A stretch of 64,000 nt of DNA from Octopus sinensis (Eukaryota): positions 17,174,001-17,238,000 of the forward strand of contig NC_043013.1 in NCBI RefSeq assembly GCF_006345805.1, in the 5' to 3' direction. Below are positions 24,641 to 35,628 of this stretch, piece by piece. The position numbers and the translations under genes are program-made. The notes beneath the pieces were generated by a model. That model was not told the origin of the DNA. It ran no database searches and saw nothing but the letters and a program-made list of their open reading frames with translations. Each line of letters begins with the position of its first letter. Position 1 is the first letter of the stretch.

Positions 24641-26007
24641 GTGGTTGACTATCATGATCATTGATAGTGATTAGACTCAGTGGTCAGTTGTCAAAATGAC
24701 TGAACTGTCACAGTGGTCGTGAGTTGTAAAATAGGTTTGAGTTATGAAACGAATTTGTGTGTATGTGTCTATAAGTCTTAACTTTGACCCTCTTTCCCAG
24801 TTCCTAATCATTCCATCATTTAAACTTTATATCCAATACACATCTGGCTATTAAAGTATTTCTATTGCATTGACAGGCTGTTAATGGCCAATGTTTTATT
24901 CCAGTTTTAAATCATTATATATTACTGTAATTATGTTTGTCCGTTATTTTAATTTATCTTTATCCATTACTGTAATTATGTTTAAGAGTGTTATGTGGCA
25001 GAATTGGTAGAACATTAGACTAAAGTATCTTGTAGTTTTTAGTTATGACTCGTTCTGAGTTCAAATCCCAATAAAGTTCATTTTTACCTTTCATCTTTCT
25101 GAAGTTGATCAAAATACGAGTTAAATACTGGGGTTTATTAAATCAACTGTGTCACCTTTTCGCATAAAATCTGTAGTCTTAAAACCATTATTGCAATACA
25201 GATAGGTGATAGATTGGGAGAATTTTAAGAGCATCAGACAAGATACCATGTGGTGTTTATTCCAGTTCTTTATTTCAAATCTCGCCAAAGACAACTTTGC
25301 TTTCCATCACTCAATAAAATAAGCACTAGTCAAATACTGAAGTTTATTGACTCAGCTACCATCTCCCTTTGCTTTGCCAATTCCGATCCTCATTATTGAG
25401 AGTTGGAGACCATAAATGCCTCTCTTCCCATCAATTCTTGCCTCTTAAAGGGTTAATTTGATCTTCTAGTTAGAATGCTCTCTTTCCAGATTGTGTCCCC
25501 TCACTACACCTCAAATCTATAGCCTTCAACTAATGCTACAATTAATATTCCAGTATGTATTGGTAGAATCAGTAGAGCAACATGGATAAAATGCCTTGCA
25601 GTATTTTGTCTATGCTTCTTTACATTCTCAGTTCAAATTCAGCCAGGATTCACTTTCATTTTCCATCTTCTTGGGGTTAAAATAACTAGCAGTTGAGTAT
25701 ACATGAACCAATATAATCAACTATTATCCTGCTTGAATACTTGTAGCCTTGTCAAATGTTTGACGTCAATACTAATAGCAAGAAGATTGTCTGCCACCAG
25801 CCTGTTGCCATTTGTGTATATTTGCAAAAATGGTTGACTAGGTTTTGGTTGTTTTGTTTGTATTGCTTTATTCTTTACTTTTCAACATCAGCCATATATA
25901 CACATGCAGACACACACTTATGAATATAGATGTATTCGTCTGTGTACATATAAGTGTTGACATGTGTGTGTGTGTATATATGTGTGTATATATATATATG
26001 ATAGATA

Positions 26008-26423
26008 GGCGCAGGAGTGACTGTGTGGTAAGTAGCTTGTTTACCAACCACATGGTTCCGGGTTCAGTCCTACTGCGTGGCACCTTGGGCAAGTGTCTTC
26101 TACTATAGCCTCGGGCCGACCAAAGCCTTGTGAATGGATTTGGTAGATGGAAACTGAAAAGAAGCCCGTCGTATATATGTATATATATATATCTATGCAT
26201 GTGTGTGCTTGTGTGTCTGTTTGTCCCCCTTGCATTGCTTGACAACCGATGCTGGTTTGTTTATGTCCCCGTTACTTAGCGGTTCGGCAAAAGAGACCGA
26301 TAGAATAAGTACTGGGCTTACAAAAGAATAAGTCCTGGGGTCGAGTTGCTCGATTAAAGGCGGTGCTCCAGCATGGCCGCAGTCAAATGACTGAAACAAG
26401 TAAAAGAGTAAAAGAGAAAAGAG
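26008..26423 (+). mobile_element. SINE family B, young full-length copy
   Basis: Complete head-to-tail copy with CpGs retained; tail gtaaaagagtaaaagag. Confidence 0.88.
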
Positions 26424-26792
26424 ATAGATATCATCATTATTTAGCACCTGTTTTCCATGCTGGTATATATATATTGTTGCTATTATGTTAAACTGTCGTA
26501 TGTCCAAATGCGTTTTCTTCAATATTTAGTTTTCCTTGCAATAGCCAGTTCTTTTGGTCAAACTATCGTATCTCCAGCTGCTTCAGATGAAAATTGTCAA
26601 CGTGTAGTACAACAGTTTGATATTTTTCAAAAGTGTAATAAGTTCCACATATGACAGTTTCGCAAAAGTATTTGACTGAAAATATCATGCATGCATAGGG
26701 TTCCGATTTTATGCACCCAACAAAGTATTATTGTTAAGCTGAAACTGTGACTAATGTAAAAAGAAATGGAATGGTAAAACTATTTTTTCATA

Positions 26793-26823
<31 letters not shown>

Positions 26824-27041
26824 CGGGCATGGCCGTGTGGTTAGGGAGCTTGCTTCCTAGCTATATGGTTTCGGGTTCAGTCCCACTGTATGGCACTTTG
26901 GGTAGGTGTCTTCCACTATAGCCCCGAGCCGACCGGAGCTTTGTGATTGAATTCGGTAGGCGGAAGTTACTGCCGTGTGTGTATGTGTGCGTATAGCTGC
27001 TCAGTGCCTCTCCGAAAGAGAGAGAGAGGGATATATATATA

Positions 27042-27914
27042 TGAGGTCTGATCAATAAGTATCCGAACTGTTGCCATAGTAACAAAGCTAAAGCACACAC
27101 AGTAAAGCCACTTGGCACAGATTGACCATGTACTCTGCTGTGCATGTGCACTAAGTTTTAATGTTCTAGCTCAATTCCACTGTTTACAGCCGTGTTTGGA
27201 AGGAATGTGTGTAACGTGTGATCATTGCATTGACTATGACAGAAAGTTGAAGTGAGAATCTGCATCAAATTTTGATAAAAGCTTGGCGATACTGGCTCAG
27301 AGGCTTATGCAAAATTTTCAAAAAGATTTTATCTTTCTTGACACAAACAAGGAGATCTTGTGCAACTGAAACCTGAGTGTCTTTTTGGTCAGCTGAAAGT
27401 AGTTTTGGCACAAACTTGGCAGACACATGTCTCATATCCAAATCTTCTGTGATAATGGATAGAACCTAACCGTAACTAATCTGCACATCCATTGATAACT
27501 TACAGATGGTGATTCGACAATTTCCTCTCACAACTGCAGCAAATCTGCAATATTTTCCTCAGTTCTGCTGGTTGTGGGTCTTCGAGAACGTTCATCAGTA
27601 TCAACATTTTGTTGGCCATCTTGGAAACATTTGAGCCACTTGTACACTTGTGTGCAGCACATACACTCTTCTCCATACACTTTCTGCAACTTTACTATGG
27701 CAACTTTCTCTGTTGTGGTCAATGTGACGATCACACGCTACACATCTTCCTTCCAAGTACTGCTGTAAACAGCAGAAGTGAGCTAGAACATTAAAACTTA
27801 GTGTGCATGCACAGCAGAGTTCAAGGTCTGTCTGTCTGTACCCAGCGGTTTTACTCTGCATGCTTTAGCTTCATTACTATGGCAACAGTCTGGATATTTA
27901 TTGATCAGCCCTCA
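27042..27914. mobile_element. Mariner-derived non-autonomous element with two inverted left ends
   Basis: TA target sites at both ends. TIRs tgaggtctgatcaataagtatcc / ggatatttattgatcagccctca. Transposase N-terminal remnants on both strands: RICIKF..KLG (+) and KLQKVYGEE...DDERS.RP.TSRT-like (-). Confidence 0.85.
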
Positions 27915-28850
27915 TATATATGTGTGTATGTGTGTGTCTGAATATACATAAATATGCAGACACACACATGCATAAGCACTTTTGGCATATGTGCCTGCCT
28001 GTGTGTGTGTGTGTGTGTGCATTCGTGTATGTTTTTGTTGGGGTTTTTTTTAATAGTGAAATTATAAATTAGAGACTGTGTCCTTGACCTTTAGAAATCA
28101 TCTGAAATTGGCAAGATCAATGATCAGCTGATATTGATCATCAACAACAAAAAGTCAGTGATGCATGAAGAAGATAGGTGATGAAAGGAAATCCAAGGAG
28201 TTGACATTCTCGGATTAAAAGATTTAAAAAGTAGTTTGTGCTAGGTTTAGGAAAGGAAAAGAAATTTCAGTTGAAGGGGGTGGGAGGGGGGCAATCCAGA
28301 AAAGAAAGGATTTAGTAATGGAGTTAGTGTGGAGCCTGGATAATGAGAGACAGCATGAATGATGAGAGGAGAGCTGACACATTCATCTCTAGGTGCTACA
28401 CAACCAGCAAGTTGTTCCAAGAAACAAACCACATTGTAGTAGTAGTAGTAGAAGAAAAAGAGAGTGAGGAAACTGTATATTTGTGAATAAGAAGTTGAGA
28501 TGTATTAGTGACTGTGTACCAGAGTGGATTTTTGTGGTGGGGTGGAATGAGGGTACAGTCAGGTATGATTGCAGGCATAGTAGCAGTGTTGTTTCAAATG
28601 TGGGAGTAATATTATATTAGTTAGATTTTGACTCTCAGTTGAGCTGAAGAGAGAAGTTTTTGATGCATGACAGGCTATTCCAAATCTGTGTTAAAGTATC
28701 TGCAAAAGGGAGTTTAGAGAGGCTAACTTGTACTGGCATCAAAGTCATATAAGTTATTATAATGACCCCACTTATGCAGATACTCTAACAAGGATTTGGA
28801 GTATATATGACTTGGGTGGAAAATTTTGGTACGCTTCTAAGCATAACACA

Positions 28851-29185
28851 ATCATCATCATCATCGTTCAACGTCCGTTTTCCATGCTAGCATGGGTTGG
28901 ACGGTTCGACCCGGGTCTGGGAAGCCAAGAGGCTGCACCAGACTCCAGTCTGATCTGGCAGAATTTCTACAGCTGGATGCCCTTCCTAATGCCAATCATT
29001 CCATGAGTATAGTGGGTGCTTTTTATGTGCCACCGGCACAGGTGCCAGGGGAGGCTGGCAACGGTCACAATCGGTTGGAGCTTTTTACGTGCCACTGACA
29101 CAGAAGCCAGTCAAGGCGGCACTGGCATCGACCACATATGGATGGTGCTTTTTAGGTGCCAGGGTGGGCTGGCAACGGCCAATAC
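28851..29185 (-). mobile_element. Family C repeat
   Basis: Same architecture as 18640-18960. Confidence 0.8.
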
Positions 29186-29499
29186 ACAACTGAAAGACCT
29201 ATTAATAGTTTCATTCTTTTATGATACTTTAAATAGGCAGATTTATAAAATACACAATGTATCTCCAAGCAATCTTTCAGGCTTTGTTTATTTTCTTTTT
29301 TCCAAATATATATATATATAATACATAATTAGAGCCTGAAATAGTGCTTGGAGATACGTGGCATGTTTTATAAATATGCCGAGTCAAAGTACCATAAAAG
29401 TACAAAACTATTAGTAGCTCTTTTGGTTGTATATTAAATTGATATTTATCTCTCACTGGATGGAGTACTTGTTTTTGTTGATTTTTTACCTATATTGGG

Positions 29500-29574
<75 letters not shown>

Positions 29575-29718
29575 ATAATAATAGGGAGTAAATCCAAACT
29601 TACTGGGAAAAATTAGATTTAGGATTAAATCTAATTTTATAGTATAAATATATATATATATTAAATTAGAGATAAAACCAAATTTGATTTGCCTAATAGT
29701 GGTTTTATCTCTAATTTA

Positions 29719-29752
<34 letters not shown>

Positions 29753-30108
29753 ATGTATGTATCACACACAGCTGATTCCTCATTACTTGAGAAAAGCCCT
29801 ATGGGCTGGTCTCCTGCCATCTTCCAGCTCACCATACAATAGCTGCTTGGGCAGTCACTCATCACTCATCCAATGTCCCCACCCACCTCAAACATCTTTG
29901 CAAAATCATTGACTCTGTACTTCTACTGCCACTCCTCTCAAGCACCTCCACATTACTAATGGCCATCAGTAATGTGTGTATACTGTTTGCATGTATACAT
30001 GTTTGTTGTGTGAACATGAATATTGTTTGTGTATGTGTTTACAATTGTGTATTTCTCCTATGAGCCTAATCTTCAATAATTGCATTTCTGATAATTATCT
30101 GTTTCTAG

Positions 30109-30232
30109 AACATTCCGTCAAGGCATGCATGATCTACAGGTGTGGCCAAATGTTACTGCTGATCCATGTTCAATCTCTACCACACCTGGGAAATCTAAGG
30201 ACAAGAACGATCAGATGAGCCGCTTACTGAAG
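30109..30232 (+). CDS. PIK3C3: Vps34 coding exon 4
   Basis: [19 protein letters not shown]...DQMSRLLK; tttctAG acceptor, AAG|GTAATT donor; 124 bp. Confidence 0.95.
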
Positions 30233-30476
30233 GTAATTTCACCTCTACATGCATTCGTGCTTGTGTGTGTATATACACACACACTCGCATATATATATGC
30301 ATGCACACTATGCACATATTTATATACATACATTTACATAGACATACAAGTGTGTGTATATATATATATATATAATATTTTGGACTAATGGGTATATGTC
30401 GATTAGTGTGTTGAGTAGAGCACTGGCACAATTTGGGCTTCCTGGATCTTCAGCGAGACACAACTTTATGTATGGA

Positions 30477-30583
30477 TGTACTTGATGAGACCCAGACTTC
30501 CAAATTGATGCAAGTCTACAAGTTGAACAGAGCCCCTATCTGCAAGGGACAGTAGCAGGATGGGTCGAAACGACTGTTGTACA
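30477..30583 (+). ncRNA. Type-I hammerhead-like motif (degenerate, sense to PIK3C3)
   Basis: TGTAC-TTGATGA-GACCCA..66 nt..TGGGTC-GAAA-CGACTG-TT-GTACA. Stem I 5 bp, stem II 6 bp; core C3 altered. Confidence 0.55.
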
Positions 30584-30642
30584 AAAGAAAGATTGATACA
30601 AAATCCATCTCCTTGTTACTTAAGAAATCATTATTATTATTA

Positions 30643-30703
<61 letters not shown>

Positions 30704-30910
30704 ATAAATATTAGGGAATAAATCCAAACTTACAGGGAAAAATCAGATTTAGGACTGAATCCAATTTTATAGTAAAATATTATATTATATTAAATTAGAG
30801 ACAAAACAACTATTAGGCAAATCAAACAAAGAAAGACTTAAGCCAATACATATGATTAATTTATATTATTTAAATATGTAACAAAATTATCAAAAAATAT
30901 AATTAATATC

Positions 30911-30973
30911 CCACTACGATCGTTTCCTGCCTGCTGTCTTCAAATTTTTGAGTCGCAGTCATTCATCAGGTGG
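30911..30973 (-). ncRNA. Type-I hammerhead-like motif with intact catalytic core
   Basis: CCAC-CTGATGA-ATGACTGC..GCAGGCAG-GAAA-CGATCG-TA-GTGG. Core intact, palindromic stem/loop III, stem II 6 of 8 pairs. Confidence 0.65.
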
Positions 30974-31017
30974 TTTAAATATTTTCTTGGCGATGTTTTG
31001 TCTCTAATTTAATATAA

Positions 31018-31082
<65 letters not shown>

Positions 31083-31131
31083 TATATAAATGAAAGACAA
31101 AAGATAGAATATACAAGAATTTTTATTATTA

Positions 31132-31237
31132 ATCATGACAATTGTTTCGACACATCCAGCGTTTATCCCTCATGGGTGGGACACTTAACTACTGGTTCAG
31201 GAGCATCCGGCGGTGCTGATGTGTCTCATTGGGTGAT
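31132..31237 (-). ncRNA. Type-I hammerhead-like motif (core mutated)
   Basis: ATCAC-CCAATGA-GACACATC..GATGTGTC-GAAA-CAATTG-TC-ATGAT. Stem II 8 bp perfect, palindrome CAATTG, two core substitutions. Confidence 0.55.
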
Positions 31238-31727
31238 AGATACAACTCATTAAAATTACCATCCTGCAATGTATCTTCTTATTTCATATGTTTACATTGG
31301 GCAGGCGGCTGTCCTTATTTTTTAATGATAGTAATGTGTTTGGCTGGAGATTTGGCAGTTATTTCTAGCAAATCAAGAGACCATATACAGGCTCCCTTGT
31401 TGGCTTGTGTTCCCCAAAAAATCAGCAGCATTTCCTTTCTTTTTTAAGACAGAACCATGTAGTTTAAGGGACACTTGGTTTCTATTGCTAGCAAGTCATG
31501 AGACTATGTAAAGACACCCTAGGTGGCTTATGTTCCCCCGCTAAAATCAGTGACATATCCTCTCTTATTTTAAGACAGTAACATGTAGTTTAAGGGAGAT
31601 TCGGTTTTTATTTCTAGCAGACCAAGAGACCATGTAGAGACACCCTAGTTAGCTTCTTGTGTAATCCTTACATATCAGTGACAACAGTTGTCAATTCTTC
31701 AACTTTTTTTTCTCTTCTCTGTTTTAG

Positions 31728-31910
31728 TTGAGCAAAAAGTACCGTGATGGTCACATGGTGAAGGTCGACTGGCTGGACAGGCTAACGTTCCGAGAGATTG
31801 AGATGATCAACGAGAAACAAAAGAGGAACTCGAATTTCATGTATCTCATGATTGAGTTTCCCTACATAAACTTCGATAACACTGAATTCACGGTGGTTTA
31901 CTTCGAGAAA
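31728..31910 (+). CDS. PIK3C3: Vps34 coding exon 5
   Basis: [44 protein letters not shown]...VVYFEK; long pyrimidine tract + AG, AAA|GTAAGT donor; 183 bp. Confidence 0.96.
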
Positions 31911-33847
31911 GTAAGTAGAAAACTGATTGACTGATATCTGAGTTATTATTGATGATGATGATGTTGTTACTGTTGTTGTTAATGGCTGTAATGTTTCAAC
32001 CTGCATTAAAGGACCTATCACTATCATCTTCATCCGTGCTAGTAGGGTATTAAGAGCACCATCCGAGCGTGATCGTTGCCAGAGTGGCTATCTGGCCTCC
32101 GTGCCGGTGGCACGTAAAAGGCACCATTCGAGCGTGATCATTGTAATTGATAGGCCCCTTCTGAGAAAATTTCACTAAAGATTATTATTATTTAGGTGGC
32201 AAGATGGCACAATCATTAGAGCATAGGTCAATATGCATAGTGGTTTATTTACATTCTGAGTTCAGTTTCTGCCATGGTTAACGTTTGTCTTTTATCCTCT
32301 GTGGGTCAATAAAATAAGTATCAGTTGAGCACTAGGATTGATGTAATCAACTTGCCCCATCCCCCAAAATTGAGGAGGAGGAGGAGGAGGATGTTGTTAT
32401 TTTTATTATTAGCAAGGTGGCAAGCTGGCTGAATTGCTAGCATCCTGGACAAAATGTTTAGTGGCATTTCTTCTAGCTTTACATTCTGAGTTCAAATACC
32501 ACAGAAGTTGACTTTGCCTTTCATTCCTTTGAGGTCAATAAAATAAGTATCAGTTGAGCACTAGGATTGATGTAATCAACTTTATCCCTTCCCAGAATTG
32601 CTGGCCTTGTGCCAAAATTTCAAACCATTATTATTGTTATTGTTATTATTACATTAATGATAGTTTTGTTTTTCCCCCATCCCTAAGTTTTGCAACATGA
32701 ATGTGTTGGTTCCTTTGTGAATGTTCCTTATTTGACAATATTCCTGTTCAGAAACCAATAGCTCAGAAGATTTCAAATACTGAAAACTCAGAGTAGAGAT
32801 GGGGGCAGAGGGAGCTTCAGCTTTTGAATAAATGATTATTTTTATTACATGTATTAAATTCTTTCGTTTTCTCTCTTGTTAGTAAATTCAAATGAACATG
32901 TTCATCATTATGTTTACATACTCATCACTTAGCAGTTTGGCAATAGAGACTGATAAAATAAAATAGCAGGTTTTAAAAAATAAGGACTTGGGTCCATTCA
33001 TTCAGCTATAACCCTTCAAGATAGAACCTCAGCATGGCCACAGTCCAATGACTGAAAAAAGTAAAAGATAAAAGATCTTTATTTTTATCAGACATGGTAG
33101 TTTATCCACTTCCTTTTCGGTCATCAAAGATTCATCTCCTTACCATGAGAAATACTGATCAAGAATACACAGTAACAAAGAAACTGGCCAACTTCAGTAC
33201 AGTGCATATGTATGTACGTGTGCATATGTATTTGTGTGTGTATGCTGTGTATATGTGGGTTGCCATGTGTACCCTAGTTTTGGAATAGATACACTGTGTC
33301 TCTGTATGTCGTAAAAAAAAAAAGAAACGATTAAAATGTATTTGGCCAAGGAACATTGCGTTAGAAAACCAGTCCAACCCATACCAGCACGGATAAGTGG
33401 ATGTGTCATGATTTTGATGACGACAATAGGGTATGCATAGGTGTGTATGATAGAGGACTGAAATATGTGGTACATTTGCTGTACTCAAGACCTGCCCACC
33501 ACAACAGAATTGAGGTCCTAAAACCAAGGTGCTGTGTATAAAGCATTAGCATGGGTCCTGGTGCCATGTAAAAAACCACCCAGTACACTCTGTGAAGTGG
33601 TTGGTGGTAGGAAAGCTATCCAACTATAGAAACCAAACTAAAACATACTATGGAATATGTTGTGACCCTGGCCTTCCCAGTTCCTGTCAAGCCATCAAAC
33701 CCATGCCTGAAAAATGGATGTTAAATGTTTATGATGATGATGAAGATAGAATATGTATACTACATATTTTTCTTCCCTATCAACCAGTATTTTCCTCTGT
33801 ATTCCATTTTTAAATGTTATTTCAATGTATTATATATTTCCATCTAG

Positions 33848-33919
33848 AACGGTGATAAAACTTACTATTTCCGAACCCATGCTGAAGTTGTGACAGTGCC
33901 TGACCACGAAATAATGTTG
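33848..33919 (+). CDS. PIK3C3: Vps34 coding exon 6
   Basis: NGDKTYYFRTHAEVVTVPDHEIML (the VPD motif is conserved); catctAG acceptor, TTG|GTAAGT donor; 72 bp, phase 0/0. Confidence 0.9.
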
Positions 33920-34301
33920 GTAAGTAACTGAAGATATTTCTACTTGCTTTTTATATTCTGAGTTCAAATCCTACCTAGGTCCACTTTGCCTTTTACCCTT
34001 TCAAGGTTGATAAAATGAAGTACTAGTCAGGTACTGGGATCAGCAGCATCAGCCATTTCCCTTCCCCTCAAGATTGCTAGCCCTGTGCCCCAACCATTGT
34101 CATTAATGTGTCAGACAAAATGCCATGCAGCGTTTCTTCTGATTCTTTATGTTCTGAGTTCAAATCCCATTGAGGCCAACTTTACCTTTGAAGCTTTCAG
34201 GGTTGATAAAGATATAGTACTAATCAAGTACTGGAAGTCGATGTAATCGACTTGTCCCCTGCTATTACAACCGTTAGTCTTGTGACAAAATTAGAAAGAA
34301 C

Positions 34302-34338
<37 letters not shown>

Positions 34339-34339
34339 A

Positions 34340-34571
34340 GGGCGGTGAGCTGGCAGAAACATTAGCACGCCGGGTGAAATGCGTAGCCATATTTCGTCTG
34401 CCGTTACGTTCTGAGTTCAAATTCCGCCGAGGTCGACTTTGCCTTTCATCTTTTCGGGGTCAATAAATTAAGTACCAGTTACGCACTTGGGTCGATATAA
34501 TCGACTTAATCCGTTTGTCTGTCCTTGTTTGTCCCCTATGTGTTTAGCCCCTTGTGGGTAGTAAAGAAATA
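34340..34571 (+). mobile_element. SINE family A, young copy
   Basis: tRNA-like head (tggcagaaacattag; gagttcaaattcc) with many CpGs retained; preceded by (TTA)n. Confidence 0.88.
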
Positions 34572-35145
34572 TATATATATTATTATTATTATAATATTTT
34601 TTCTCAGCTTTAGTTTTAGTTGTACCATTGCATGCACTGTTATGTTGCTGCTCTGCATATGTGTGCATGTGCCATATTGCCCTTTAGGTGGTAGTGAAAA
34701 GGTATTTCTACAGGACAGTGCTGATGGTTTTTGTAGCTAGTTTTTGCTTGGTAGAGGGCACAGATGGAAGAAGACATCTTGACTGATAGGTTGCTCTGGC
34801 AGGTCTAGTAACCATGCTGAGGCTTCCCTGTTACCTGATGGTGGTGATGTAGTGATGATTTTTATCCTTGCAGAGTCAATAAACTAAAGTTCTGGTCAAG
34901 TACTGCAAGTGAGGAGCCAATTTACCTCCCTGTCTCTCTTTCAACAATGTGACATATAACCAATATTAGAAATCAATATTTATTATTTGCTTAAAATCTG
35001 AAGGAAGCTCATTCCATTTATATATAACCTAAAAGTAAACATGAAATTTAGAAAAAAAAAACCCCCTTTATTTGCCCATTACATCTAAATATTGTATAAA
35101 TAATAGCAGGAGAAGGTGGAGGCTTTTTTTAATTTTATTTTCCTA

Positions 35146-35157
35146 TTCTTCTTCCTT

Positions 35158-35191
<34 letters not shown>

Positions 35192-35628
35192 TCCATTCTG
35201 TCTCTTTCCCTGTCTCCCTTCCTTTCTCATCTCCTCTCTCCTCTGCTTCCTCCCTCCTTCCTTCCAGCCTCTCTCTTTCTCCTTCCTCCCTCCTTCCCTT
35301 CCATCCCCTCCCTCCTTCCTTCCCTCCCTCCTTCATTCCCCTCTCCTTCTTTCCCTCACTTCTTCTTTCCCTCTCTCCTTCTTTCCCTCACTTCTTCTTT
35401 CCCTCTCTCCTTCTTTCCCTCACTTCTTCTTTCCCTCTCTCCTTCCTTCCCTCTCTCCTTCCTTCCCTCTCTCCTTCCTTCCCTCTCTCCTTCCCTCCAT
35501 CTCTCCTTCCCTCCCTCTCTCCTTCCTTCCCTCTCTCCTTCCCTCCTTCTCTCCTTCCTCCCCTCTCTCCTTCCTCCCCCTTCCCTCCCTCCCTCCTTCC
35601 TTCCCTCTTTCCTTTCTCCTTTCTCTCA
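35146..35628. repeat. About 480-bp polypyrimidine/polypurine (CT-rich) tract
   Basis: Almost exclusively C/T on the + strand, with repeated ttctttccctcacttc / ccttccctctct units. Confidence 0.95.
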
